Shown here: in pieces, positions 14,601 through 27,244 of the stretch | Position numbering within the stretch: position 1 is the first letter of the stretch | Layout: every line of letters begins with the position of its first letter | Source: Octopus vulgaris | Lineage: Eukaryota | DNA: 64,000 nucleotides | Direction of reading: 5' to 3' | Assembly (NCBI GenBank): GCA_951406725.2 | Contig: OX597832.1 | Coordinates: forward strand, 40,548,001-40,612,000 | Position numbers and translations under genes: made by a program | Notes under the pieces: generated by a model | Told to the model about the DNA's origin: nothing | The model's database searches: none | Seen by the model: the letters and a program-made list of their open reading frames with translations, nothing else

Positions 14601-17600
14601 ATTAACGATTAAATTAGAGAAAGAGATCATGGACTCAGAGAATTTCTACTTGTCTTGAGCCTTGTGAGTGGATTTGATAGACAGAAACAAAAAGAAGCTA
14701 TAGTCTCCTTGTGTTGACATCATAGGATTGTTGTAAATGAGCATCACTGATATGAATGATGCCCTTCATTTCGAAACCGTGAAAATATGTCCATCCAGGG
14801 GGGGGGGGGTACTACCTTACTTGGAAACAGATGACAGTTGGTGACATTGAAAGGCTTTCAAAACCATAGGTTTGCATGGGTCAGGCAATTTGTCTGACAC
14901 ACGCAAGCAAGCAGAAATGGATATTAGATAAATGATATTTCGGTGTCATCTACACACACCGGCTATCAAGATTTATCAATTCTGAACACGGGTGGAGTTA
15001 TGTAATTGATCACTGCACCAATGTTGTCAGTCATTGTGAACCCTTTAAAGCATGCAAGTGAGCTTTTCTTTTTCTTTTTTAAACAATTTCTTTTCTGAAA
15101 GACATTTGGACAGGATAGTACAGAGATCACAAAGTATGAGTACCAACAGAGCAATGCCACCCACATTGCAGAAATGGAAGAGATACAGGGCATACTGCAC
15201 AATGCTTTTACTGATAGTTGCACAGCTTCCAAAGGTGCAGGCACTAAACTCCAAGTCTGGAAATTGATGCCCAGGATTCAATATATATTAAACATGCGAA
15301 AACACCTGTGTAATTAACTTACCATTATTCAATCTACCTGGCCAGGTGAAAGTAATAGAGCACCAATCATCATGGTATCAAAATTCATGCAATAGTTATA
15401 TTTTCATGATTTTTAAACTGAACTGCATTTCATCAAAATCTCTGATTCCCAATAGGACTGGGAGATTTAAGCCATTAGCATTTAAACCAACCATATCTGG
15501 CTGAAATATTCTGTTTTATATTCAAATTGGCCAGATCCAGCCTCTCATATCAAACCCAAGTCATTCTTAAAAATAAATAATGATATCATCAAAATCTTGA
15601 AACTACATGATAATGTATGTTTAATTCAAAACAATATGAGTTAATAAGAATTACATTTGACAGAATAATCTGAATGGTAAAGGGTCAAAGAAAGTCCTAC
15701 TTGAATTTGAATTTCATTTAATCTGGTTTCTTGTAAAATTTGAGTCAAGCTGATATACTCCCAAAGAATAATGGTTGTATGAAATCTTTTTTAAGCAAGA
15801 CGTTTTCCTTCCCACAGAAAGGAAGCAACAGTTCCAAAGATAAGCAGAGATCAAATGTCCTATTCATGATGGCATTCACATATCTTAAATTTTTATTAGA
15901 TTAAAACTCAAAAATATAAACCAACTGAAATGAAAACACACTGAGACATCCATGTATAAAACTGTCTCAGCTTTTTATCTTTAATTTTTCAGACAACAGA
16001 TAACATGAAAGAACTTTAGAAGTTCTTTGTAACTAATACAGCTAAAAACTATGGAAAATTGGAACTTACCTCTAATACAAGGAACAATGGCTCTTTGTTG
16101 AATAAGTGAAGGCTTTTCAAAACCATAAGCATAGATACCACGAAGTAGGGCTTCTCTTAAGTTCATATCATCAAAAGTTTCAACAACTTCATCCCAATTG
16201 CTCTGCAAAAATACACGAGTATTTATAGGGGTTTCAAATTTTGGCACAGGGCCTGCAGTTAAAGAGAGGAGGGGGAAGTCAATTACATCATCCTCTCCCA
16301 GAACTTGACTGGTACTTATTGACTCCGGGAGGATGAAAGGCCAAGTCAAACTCTGTAGAATTTGAGCTCAAAACAAAGACTAACAAAATGCCAAGTATTC
16401 TTTGTTCAGCATGCTAACAGCTCCATGTCTTGAGTAATAATAAAAGGAATTATCACATGTTATATGTCACAACTAGCACTATGACCCGGCGTTACCGGGC
16501 CATAGTGCTAGTGCCTGCATATACAGCTGCGTGCGTGTGCACATACACACAAGTACTGTCCTAATCTCCGACCAATCACATACAGCTGGCTGACATTCAA
16601 TTGGCGTATCAAGTTTCAGGCATTTTGATTGGGTTTTGGATAGAAAATTCACAAAAGTCACTTCTATTGATTTTTTAATGGCTTTGCAGGGTGACTGGGG
16701 AAATGTAAAGATGTGCACGACCACCCTTGGACGGCTTTGAATGACCATAGAAAGTGGGAGCCCTCTAACTGAATAATTGTGGATTTGTATAAAGGACACG
16801 CACACACAGACACTTTGCCGTTTATATATATAGAGAGAGATAATCAATTCTATCAAATATTACTGAACCTCAGCAAAGGTAATCAAAACTTATCAATCTT
16901 TAGGAATCATTCTAAACAAAAGCAATTAAAAACTAAAAGTTGGCTTGCTGAAACAAGGGAATTTATTTGGATTAATGATTCTAAACGTTTCTACCTAACC
17001 TCATTCAAATCATCGAACCTTTCTTCTACATTTGAAAATATATTTGAGAACCGTGCAATTAGTAAATTGCTATGTAAAGTATCGAACTTCAGGGAGAGAG
17101 AAAGGAGTGGCCTCCAATTTATAGGTTACCAACAATGACTAAGTGATATATTGAGTCTAGTTAGCAAAGGCAATATGTTAAGTTGAACAGTAGTAACCTA
17201 ACTACTAACATAGGATTTTAGGAAGTAATCAAATTTTATGTTCTACATCGAGTACAGGAAATATTCAGAAGGCATTTTATTTTTTTTTTTTTAATTTCTC
17301 TGGAATAAATTCCTCCATTTTGCTGTATCTAGGGAGGGTCATTATGTCAATATTACCTACACATGCACTAGTTCAGTTCCACAATAAAATTTGTTTCAAC
17401 ACAAATTCACAAGGAATCTTGCAACCGAAATTCTTCTATATTACATCAAAATATAAAATTAAGGTTTGAACCTCAAAACCATCATCATTTAGGTAAACAA
17501 TTGTTGCACCCATCTTTTGTGACAGCAATTTCTGTTGGAAATATATATTTGCTTCTAGAAATAACTTGGGTATTTTATATTGTCACGAACTAGCTATTTT

Positions 17601-20600
17601 TTTCATAAACGACTATCATACATTGACTATCATTAAAAATAAAATTGAAAAACAAACACAAAACAATACTAATATAGTTTGTATCTTAACAACCCTAAAA
17701 ACATTTTTGAGCTAAATATAAATCTTGTTTTGTAAAGCATCTCAATTGTGCTTAATTCAATGTTGCCAACAAGATATGTACACCATTGTTATGGATTAAA
17801 CACACAAACAGTGCCAAACACCAGGCATCACACCAAATAAGGCACTGACCACTTCTAAATACCCCCACCACCACCACATCATAACCAACAGTCTTTCATA
17901 CCATTGTATGCAGAGATGCTGTATTTATTACTAAGCTAAGCTCATACCACATGAACTTACCTACTGCTCAACATCAACATGTTATAAGCACTAATTACTA
18001 TTATTAGCTAAGAACAGGATTGATACTTTTTTAACGGCAAACACTTGTGCTGACTTATTTGATCTTGCAATGAGTCCATGTCAAAGATGACATAACATTG
18101 TAGCATCTCCCTCCTCCCACAAGCTTCATGATCTTGCATTGAGGCCCAGGTTGAATATGAGAATGCTGCATCATTTCTTTTGCTTCATGAATACCACCAG
18201 TATGTAAAATCTGGCATCTAATTTATCTGAGGCACTAAAAAATTTCTCAATTGTAAAGATCTTTTTTTGTGAATGGTAGCACAAGTTTTTGCTTCCTTTC
18301 TTTCTCTTGGTTTGAGGCTTCACTGAAACTGAAAATTCTTATGAACCCAACATTTGGAAATGGTCAACTTTTAGTTCATTATTCACTCACGAAGGGACCC
18401 TGCTGGTCTTTCAATTCTGGGACCAACCACCCCACTCAGAGCATCATAGAGATTTGCAGTGACTGAAATTCTGTTCAATAAGCCTTGCTCAATATACCAA
18501 TCCCATAACCAAAACCAGTCACTATACTTATCTATATACAATAAGTACCACAAATTTTGGGCATTGAAAATACCAAGGAAAAATTTTCGTTAGTATTATG
18601 AAGTGTTTAGTGAGATTACCAATAAAAAATACATAGAAAACTTTCGTGCATGTTAAATGAAGCATAACGATTTGAGAGCAACCTTTCAACTTTACAGGTG
18701 TAAGTCATACAAGTACACCTGGTGTGAAGTTAACATTGTGATTTTCACAACCATTTTTTTTGTCTATGTATGATACACACAGTTTTACTCTTCAGTCTGT
18801 TATAGTGGGGCATAGATAGGCAATGCTGCCACACACACACACAAAAAGCTAAGACAAAGCATTTTAAATTTTCAGGAAGTGAAAAAAGAAACAATTCAGT
18901 CCATATTTCCTATGCAATTCTGTGGAGCAAATCTCGTTGGTATTGTATGTGTACTTTGTATTTATAACTTGTTTTTGTCAGATAAAAACAAAAAAGGTTT
19001 CATTATTGTCAATTTTATTTTCTGATTACTTTGTATCAACACTTATGAACAAAATTTTGATTGCTCTACTTAGACATTGAGCAGTACAATCTTCAATGTA
19101 AGCATACTTTTAAGAATATAAGGATATTTATTACTATAAAAAAATTAAAAAATTTTTTTTAAAAAACTAACTCTTCATAACATATTACTTAGCTTAGGCA
19201 TTAAACATAACTAGCTTCCAATCATATGAACCCAAGTATGGCCACACATTTAACTCAGAAAAAAAAAAGAAGTAATATGAACAAATATATGTATTGGATT
19301 TGATGTGGCTGATTAAACATTGAATTTTTCTACTCTGCAATATGAGTGCTGCAAGAATGGATATACCTCATTTCAGGATGGTTTTGGAAGTGGTGCAATG
19401 TAGCTTGCGAGGACCAACGAACAGAGATTGACAGACCACATTAAACAAAATGGACAGCAAAGCAGAAACCAATCAGACTTCATAAATAATGAAGATTGCA
19501 TCGTTAGTAACATCTAATTACTGCATGGTAGTTTTAATAATCTCACCTGGTCTTTGAACATCTTTAGCAGAATTCAGTGCTAACAGCATTAGCCCAGACC
19601 CTGAATACTTCTCTGCCCAAATTTTTCATACAGATGTTCAGTCCAGGTTTTAACCTCATTAGTCTAAAATAGTCAACAAAAGCCTCAGGTACTGCCGGTA
19701 CAACTTAAGGAGTGGTCCCAGTGCGCGCACTCGCGGAAGCTAGTCGTGACTAGTCGATCCTTACTTTGCGTTTTTGTTTTATTTACTTTGCTAGGTAGTC
19801 GTTGTAGGATCAACTAGTCACGACTAGCTGGCGCGGATGCGCGCACCGGGACCACTCCTTAAGTAGTACCGGCAGTACCTGAGGCTTTTGTTGACTATTT
19901 TAGACTAATGAGGTTAAAACCTGAACTGAACATCTGTATGAAAAATTCTTAAGCAGTACCGGTACTGCCCACCCCACAACAAATCTATGGATGTATGATC
20001 AAGTATGAACACTACTTTTAAAAACTGTTTCACTAAGTACGTCGTATTCTTTTTAAGAGGGACAGTAACTTTGGCTGAATTAAGTTTAAAATTACGTCTG
20101 ATTACTAATTAAGCACCATAGATTTAAAACCAAAATTTCTGAGAAGAGCCAAGTACAGTGCAAATTTAATCCAGAAGGAACCGAAAATGGCACGAGTTGC
20201 CACTAAAGCAAGCCACAAAATTACAATCACTTGTGCTATAACGGATCATCGAAGACTCACTCGAACTGGTAGAACTTGTGGTACTACTTAAATACAATGG
20301 TCCCTTAAATAAAGGTTGTTACGTACAAAACATTTTTAAATGTAAGGTGTGTGCGGGCGTGTAAATGACACCTTAACCCTAACCAATCCTAAAATTAACC
20401 CTCCCCTTTCATATCGCTACGCAGATGCATCGGGACCTCTCTATTGAAGTAGTACCGAAATAGCAACCCCCGCTCGGGTAGCATCCATCTTTTTAAAAAA
20501 ATAAATAAAAGGATACGTAGGACAATGTGGCCCTTAATAAATGACACTTAATAATTAATTATCAGAGGGACGCCTTCGATAAAAGCTGCTCGAGTGGAGT

Positions 20601-22961
20601 TAAAACAAGGTTAGAGAGAAAGGAAAGCGAAAATTTCAAAATACATTACAAAGAAACGTGATTCGAGAAATCTTTGAACAGGCTGTGAAAAAACGTGCCC
20701 TTCAAATGATTTTTTTCTTAATTGGAAGTTAAAACTTTATGAAATGAATTAAATCGGTAGACGTCAAAGAGACTCCGGAATTTCAGTTTTAAGGTTTTAA
20801 GTTAACACATACCTCTATTAGATCACAACTCGCGCCGCGACTATCGGATTGTTGTAGATTTTCATCCATTGACCTGAAAAATACAAAAAGGAACGTCGAA
20901 ATAGTTATTATGGATGTCACTGCCCATCACTCACTCACTCACACACACGCATTTATGCATGTGTAAATGTGTCTGAAAAAGTTCCAAACAGTTGCCTACC
21001 GAATTAAATACATTTACTTTCATTTTATTTATATATCTCTATATATAATTTAAAATGGGAAACACTCACACTCGCACTCAGTACATAACAAAGGATGGAT
21101 GGGAGAGAAAATTCTCACATCTATTCACATGCTTTTAAACTGGTGCGGGTTACAGAAAAGGAACGAGATAATGGAAGTTTATTTCAAACACCGATGTCCA
21201 TTAGCAAACAACAACCGAACTTTGCATCTGAATCCATCGACATTGCAAGGGAGACACTGTCGGCATTGTAGAGACGAGCTTTACCCCAGTAAATTACAAG
21301 TATTTTCGTCCAACTCTCTCTTTCTCTCTGCCTTTCAACGGGGGAAAATCGAAAGCAGCAAAAAGCCCAGACTCCTCCAGCGGCATTTTTTAACGCGTTA
21401 AAAAAGCACCAGGAAACGGAATTTAATGTGTTGGGAAATAAAAAAAAAAAAAAAGGGTGAAGGATTGATTCCCTCGGGCGGGTTCGTTCCAAGACATATT
21501 GGCTACGAAAATCGTCGATGCGGCTTCTAAAACATACACAGAAAACAACATTGTTCGAATATCTTCGCCCACATTCTTCCTGCCATGTTAGGAATACAGA
21601 GTCGCCCTCCCTCCCTCTCTCACGGCGACGAAGGCACTCCTCGTCGAAGACAATCCGCCATCTGTAACCAGAGTTTAGAACACATACTACACACTGGATA
21701 CCAGTGTAGCAAACTTCTTGTAGATTCTATTGCGTAAAGACAAACGAATATATATATATATATACATACACAACTAAGCTATACACATATATATATATAT
21801 TTATTTATACACACACTCACAGGCATCGGTGGTGCGAGGCATACATAATATAGACATCGATATGTACATTGCACCGATATGTATGTTGCACACACCGACT
21901 AAATTTTCTCCCCCCGGTTAAAAGACAGCGAAGAAAAAATGAATTAAAATACCCCATATCCCAGTATAAAGTACGAGGGAAGGCGAGCGACAGAGGGGGG
22001 AATTATATAATAGATAGATTAGTCGGCGGAAAGTTATAGGAATATGGATGGATGTCCATTATGTGGGGGGGAAGAGAGAGAAAAAAAACCGGTCGGCCAT
22101 CCATGTCTCAGGGAGATGATGATGATGGAGATGAAGAAGGAGAGGAAGAAGAAGAGCTGGCATTACATATGCTCTGGCAATTCCTTTCTTTCTTCCTTCC
22201 TCAGAGAGACACACAAGAGACAGAGACGACGACGACACCTTCCATCACGACAGGAAGATGAAATCTACAATCTACACTCACTCACACACACAAATATATT
22301 ACAACTCGGCAGAAATTTAATTTTTTTTTTTTTTTTCTTAAATGAATCAACAAATATTTTTTCATGAAAAAAACAAGTCTTCGTAATAAAAAAAATAACA
22401 AAGGGCTTTTTATAAAGACGAGATAAATTAGAAAAAAAGGAAGAAAATTTGGGGAAATGGGGAAAAAAAAGCACCAGACTTTTCATACTTCATTTATTTT
22501 CGTATGCAAAAGCTTAACAATAGAAAAAATACTGAGATGAGACTTAATTTCCATCTATTTTCTTTTCCTATATATATAACGGGATTTAAAGAAGCGTACG
22601 AGGCGAGTATACCAATGCCCGGAGATTGATTAAACTCATATATATATACGAGCTTAATGTAAGGTCTCTCTCTCTGTCTCTCTCCGGGTTGCGGAATGGT
22701 TTTCTCAAAGCAGGCGGAGTGAAGTGTTCGAGTGAAGGAGATGGAGTTGGAGTGAGATGGCGGCCATAGCAAAACCTGAGTGGAAGCAGACACTCCGACT
22801 ACACCGAGTCGGAAGATGAAGAGAGAGAGCGAACAAAAAAGCCACATCCACCGACGTTTCACCGTCACAACACCAACTAAATGTTACCCAACTTCGTTAT
22901 TGGAGTTCTTAAGATGCTAAAAACGCTTAGAATATGCCAGAATGTACCATACTTACCCCAT
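2532..22961 (-). CDS. eIF4A: Eukaryotic initiation factor 4A, paralog A (10 coding exons, 1212 nt, about 403 aa)
   Basis: complement(join(2532..2676,2978..3147,4824..4961,5369..5512,7756..7865,9389..9554,12865..13004,16070..16202,20813..20873,22957..22961)). All introns are GT-AG with consistent phases. Motifs present: Q ([10 protein letters not shown]), [38 protein letters not shown]; C-terminus [10 protein letters not shown]. Confidence 0.95.
2978..3147 (-). CDS. eIF4A: eIF4A-A exon 9 (HGDMEQ...ARGID...YIHR)
   Basis: 170 nt; CAG acceptor and GTGAG donor. Confidence 0.95.
3387..4165 (+). mobile_element. Decayed mariner transposon
   Basis: Fragments resembling [15 protein letters not shown] and IHQDNA...HPP; degenerate terminal inverted repeats; many stops. 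Confidence 0.75.
4824..4961 (-). CDS. eIF4A: eIF4A-A exon 8 (VWKLDTL...[11 protein letters not shown]...SAM)
   Basis: 138 nt; TAG acceptor and GTATG donor. Confidence 0.95.
5369..5512 (-). CDS. eIF4A: eIF4A-A exon 7 (VLLLSATMP...[11 protein letters not shown])
   Basis: 144 nt; CAG acceptor and GTAAG donor; missed by the ORF track. Confidence 0.95.
7368..7575. mobile_element. hAT-type MITE
   Basis: CAG...CTG termini; near-identical 8-bp TSD CACTAGCT/CACTAGGT. Confidence 0.55.
7756..7865 (-). CDS. eIF4A: eIF4A-A exon 6 ([19 protein letters not shown])
   Basis: 110 nt; DEAD motif; CAG acceptor and GTAAT donor. Confidence 0.95.
9389..9554 (-). CDS. eIF4A: eIF4A-A exon 5 ([11 protein letters not shown]...[10 protein letters not shown])
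   Basis: 166 nt; CAG acceptor and GTAAG donor. Confidence 0.95.
10060..10290 (-). mobile_element. Mariner transposase fragment
   Basis: Minus strand reads FHQDN...HSPDL...[11 protein letters not shown], the mariner YSPDLAP.D motif region. Confidence 0.7.
11720..11906. mobile_element. TTAA piggyBac-type MITE family A (other copies 37772-38000, 50355-50582, 52006-52355, 54299-54524)
   Basis: TTAA-CCCTTT...AAAGGG-TTAA termini; shared body ccaaaccttagtcacaatttatgttcctaacac. Confidence 0.85.
12865..13004 (-). CDS. eIF4A: eIF4A-A exon 4 ([16 protein letters not shown])
   Basis: 140 nt; Walker A and motif Ia. Confidence 0.95.
16070..16202 (-). CDS. eIF4A: eIF4A-A exon 3 (Q motif)
   Basis: 133 nt; [13 protein letters not shown]...[13 protein letters not shown]. 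Confidence 0.95.
16473..16840 (-). mobile_element. Non-autonomous Helitron
   Basis: Minus strand has 5' TC(TC)nTATATA, 3' CTAG, subterminal hairpin CCCGG-TAACG-CCGGG, and is inserted between A and T with no TSD. Confidence 0.7.
19620..19947. repeat. 328-bp foldback (arms about 145 bp) with an inner TTAA-flanked palindromic unit
   Basis: 19620-19764 is the reverse complement of 19804-19947 with few mismatches. Confidence 0.9.
20813..20873 (-). CDS. eIF4A: eIF4A-A exon 2 ([20 protein letters not shown])
   Basis: 61 nt; TTTTCAG acceptor and GTATG donor; ends in IE like other eIF4A N-termini; in-frame ATG at 20869-20867. Confidence 0.85.
22957..22961 (-). CDS. eIF4A: eIF4A-A exon 1 coding part (ATG GG)
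   Basis: ATGGG followed by GTAAGT donor; phase matches exon 2, giving MGSMDE; lies in a CpG-rich zone. Confidence 0.7.
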
Positions 22962-23360
22962 ATTATCAACTTCGAGTATAAAGGACCCGCTGGTAGCCTT
23001 CTTGACTTGCCACACGTGGATTAGAACAGAGTTCTACTCTGGTTTCGCAGCCGCGACTTTCGTATATTAAATAACCCCCTCCCCCTCCCGCCGCGACGAA
23101 CGATCGAGATTTTTTTTTTTACTACAGAAACTCGTTTTACGATCGTTAAAAAAACAGACCCGGAAAAAAATTCTCAAAAAACACACAACAATTAAAATTT
23201 ATTGCAACGAATGTAACTACCGAAATAATTAGTTTTGGAAATTAATAAAGATAATTTTTTTTTGTCGAAACCGAGTTCGGAAAGCAAAGTTGCTAGCTTT
23301 AATTTTCATTATGACGGCATTACGCATGGGCAGTGGATGGTTCACTCGACCTGCGCAGTG
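22962..23360 (-). promoter_or_regulatory. Putative 5' UTR and core promoter of eIF4A-A
   Basis: CpG-rich versus background; TATA-like TATTTAATATA at 23073-23063; E-box CACGTG near 23013; YY1-like GAGATGGCGGCC in intron 1 at 22754-22765. Confidence 0.5.
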
Positions 23361-23419
23361 AAGATCTACGCACTTTCGTCTAATTATAGAAAGATATTAA
23401 CGTCATAAAACTAAACAGT

Positions 23420-24176
23420 TCACCCTTTCGCCTCCCTCCCTCCTTCATTCCTTACTTCCTTCCTCTCTCTTTTTTCTTCTGGGTTTTTTTTCTTTTTCTC
23501 TCTCTCTCTCTTTCTTTCTTTCTTTCCTCCCTTCTTTCGCCTCCCTCCCTCCTTCCTTCATTCCTTTCTCTTTTTTCTTTTCTTCTCTCTCTCTCTTTCT
23601 TTCCTCCCTCCTTTCGCCTCCCTCCCTCCTTCATTCCTTACTTCCTTCCTTTCCTTTTTTCTGGGGGGTTTTTTTTTTCTTCTTTTCTTCTCTCTCTCTC
23701 TTTCCTCGACTCTTGTTTTATTATTATTATTATTATTTATTCTCATCTTCCTTCTTTCATCTTTCTGCCCATCAGTTTAACCACAGCTGCTTCCTCTTCA
23801 CTAAACGTCCACTCTTACATTGCCGCTCATTCTTCTTTACATACATACATATATATATACACACATGTATACACACACACACATACATACACACACACAC
23901 ATATATATACATACACATACTCACATATATATATATATATATACATACACACATATATATATACACACACATATATCTATATACACACACATATATATAT
24001 ACATACACACGTATATACATACACACATACATATATATACACATATATACATACACACACATATATATATACACACACATATATATATATACATACACAC
24101 ACACACATATATATATATATACACACACATATATATATACATGCACACACACACACACATATATGTGTGTGTGTGC
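23420..24176. repeat. Pyrimidine-rich tandem repeats followed by (TA/CA)n compound microsatellite
   Basis: ctttcgcctccctccctcctt unit three times, then (TAYA)n/(CA)n. Confidence 0.9.
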
Positions 24177-26929
24177 CAACCAACATTCAGACGTATTCGC
24201 TTCTTCTTCATCATTAGCCAAACTCCTCTCATCTCTTCCAGCACTATTTCTTCTTTTTTCTATTCACCCATAAATCCAAACTAAACATTTTCACACCAAA
24301 TATATATACATATACATATTTTCAATTCCCAAACTCCTCGATATATTTTTTTCTTTGTTATATCCATTTAATTTTTAATTTTATTTCCTATATTTTCTGG
24401 TGTTAGAAAAAGGACATTTAAAGCCAGTGGAATTTGGTATGTATGCTACTTCAAAAATTGTCTAAAGTGGTATTTGTATCAATAAACCCGTCTGGCAAAC
24501 AACGAATTGTTCCATCATTCATTTCCACCGGATTTTTCTCTCGCTTTTCTTATTTCTGCAGTCATTTGCCCTGGAAATTCTCACAATTAACGAAAGAATC
24601 CTACATAGAATTATGCCTGTCTCTTCGACTAGGCGCCTTTCTCTGCTTCTTACATGTCTTGTAATTACAACCACTTAATTATAGTGTCCAGTATTGTACC
24701 AGAATAGTGTTTAAGGGTAATTAATTGAAATCAGAACAGTTATTCAGACTTAGAGACCAAACAATGGGAAAAGTTCTTGTACTTTGCTACTACTACTCTG
24801 CAGTGTATTAAAGTATGGTGTCGAATTAATTTAAACTTACTATATTTTATTTAATCAAGAAATTGAATCTGCTTCTAAAATGTTTCTAAATGAATAAACG
24901 AACAATGGATTTCTTTCATTACCGAATCATTTTACACATGTTGTGAAGTTGGACACATTTAATATTGAAAGCGCATGGAAAGTTGGTGGCTGCGACTCAC
25001 TAAACGACTCATCATCTCTGGTTTCAGTTTCTTTTATCTATTATCTAAGACTATAAATTAATTAACCTGAAATTCGACGGAAGAACTTAAATGAGCAAAA
25101 AAAAAAAAATAGGTGAAAAAAAATCCTGGTTTGGTTGCTTAATTGAAAGTGGTGTGAACTTTATTTGTTCCAAGGTTTTGAAGAAGAATGTGTGACGTAA
25201 AAAGGAAGTTGCATTTTGGTGAGAAAAATCCCTTTAGCAAGGCCGGGTGTGTAAAGTGTGTATATATATCCGGGTATCTATCTATCTATCTATCTATATA
25301 TATATATCCGGGTATCTATATATATATATATTATATATATATTAAAATCAACCGTTGAATAGTGCCTGTTCGATGTCTAACATGAACACGCTGCTTTCTA
25401 CGACTTCCTCATGTTAAGTAGCAACATGTTGATCTATTAGAAGTGGCGACCTGTTTTCTTTAAAAACAATCTAAAAGAAAATACATCAAGTCTTGACACG
25501 ATGCCTGAAAGGAAGGAGAAAAATAAAAAAAAAAAGTGTATAGTCAATGCCGAAACGCTTTTGATCAGCGATCTCTTTCATTCGGTGCTGAGATGAGGTG
25601 AAACGGCGTCGATACATGTCTTCGATTAAAGTATTTTTACCAAAAATGTATTAGTTTCTTTTTTACGTTTTTTGTTGGGTTTTACTATTTAGGAAACGAT
25701 GTCTTCGTCAGAGTTCACACCTACTTTAGGAATCCAGCCATTGTTTTCTATTCTGGACTGTGTTCACATTTTAAATGAAGTTTATGAAGCAACACTGATG
25801 ATGGAGCCGTCGGAGTTTGCCATAAGATTTAGCAATTAAGGAAGGATATTGGTATTTCACAAGCTTTATTTTATTATTATTATTATTATTAATTAACTCT
25901 TCCCACTGTAAACTGCATAAGGTTAAATTTTAATTTTAAGCTTGGCTGAATTAAGAATGCAAAGTGACTCTACACACTTGGTATATATGAAGATAACAAA
26001 GAGAAAGTTCAACATTTTAACATCATAAAACACGGTGTTAAAGTAAAGGTTAACAGATTTTGTTACCTGATACTACTAATATCAAAGTAATAGTTAACAG
26101 ATCTTGTTATTTTAGAGTTAACGGATCTTGTTACGGTTCTTTTAGGTATATAGTGAACATTATTAGAACTTGTTACATAATACAACAACTAATAATAAAA
26201 TATGGATGAAAAGATTTTAGTCGTGTACTTTAATGTAAAGGCAGTCAACAGACCTTTGTTACATGCAGATATAAAGGTCAATAGATCTGGTTATGGAATC
26301 AACAGTTGTTATATTACCACAGCTGGGTATAAAATGAGGGCTAACAGGTCTAATATTGGTAATTTTAGGTATCTTAATTTTGATTTTTTTTTTTTTCAAA
26401 TCTATTTTAGAAGTGAGCAGGTTGCAAGTTATTTCTGGAAATGAAATCCAAGAGTTGATAAAAAAATGTTTATTCTGATCAGGGATATCCTGTTTCCTGG
26501 TTTCTTTAGTGTATTGGTGACTAACTTACTGATTGATACAACTTGGTTGAACATCATGTCTATGTCTTCAGCAGAGTCCACTAAATTGCAAGAATTCAAG
26601 CTAGGCCTTAGTTATTATTGTTTCAAATTTTTATGCACAAGGCCAGCAATTTTGAGGGTAGAGGTGAATGTGTGGTCGATTATATCAACCCTTGAAGATG
26701 AGCAAAGTTAACCCTGGGGGTATTTGAACACGAGTAAAAAGCTGGCTTAAAATACAGCAGGACATTTTATCAGGCATCCTATAAACAATTCTGCTAATTC
26801 ATTTTTGATATCTCATAAGGAATAGATAGAGTTTTATTCTTGTTCTTGTTTCAGTCTTTGGACAAGTGCAATATCCACAAGAGTTCTGTTGTAGGTTATT
26901 CTATCAACCACAGTACTTTGGTTCTCATT

Positions 26930-27244
26930 TGCTTGTGGCACGTAAAAGACACCATTCGAGCATGATCGTTACCAGCATCGCCTTACTGGCACCTGTGCCG
27001 GTGGCATGTGTAAAAAGATTCAAGCGAAGTCGTTGCCAGTACTGCCTGACTGGCCCCATGCCAGTGGCACATAAAAGCACCCACTACACTCTTGGAGTGG
27101 TTGGCATAAGGAAGGGCATCCAGCTGTAGAAACTCTACAAGATCAAGATTGAAGCCTGGTGCAGCCATCTGGTTCGCCAGCTCTCAGTCAAAATCTTCCA
27201 ACCCATGCTAGCATGGAAAGCGGACGTTAAACGATGATGATGAT
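26930..27244 (+). mobile_element. (GAT)n-tailed SINE / RTE-type 3' end
   Basis: ccaacccatgctagcatggaaagcggacg-(GAT)n tail. Further copies at 28457-28697(-), 30301-30530(-), 33989-34123(+), 38782-39020(-), 41357-41660(+), 46207-46650(-), 49588-49980(-), 58726-59087(-), 60885-61116(+). Confidence 0.85.

Noticed and set aside
17498-17632. H/ACA snoRNA-like 3' hairpin on the minus strand (ATATAA...TACCCA/TGGGTG...ACAATT)
   Set aside because: No convincing 5' hairpin, pocket-to-ACA spacing is off and a competing fold exists. An Rfam or snoGPS scan would be needed.
19420-19440. 10-nt antisense match to 18S rRNA (TCTGTCAATC), as in a C/D snoRNA guide
   Set aside because: No flanking box C or canonical box D found.
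23452-24284. Long ORFs rich in Y/I/H/T/C/V or K/E/R (also 36227-36713)
   Set aside because: Translations of microsatellite and low-complexity DNA.
26049-26315. CRISPR array interpretation of the repeat-spacer pattern
   Set aside because: Eukaryotic context, short degenerate repeats, irregular spacers and no cas genes.
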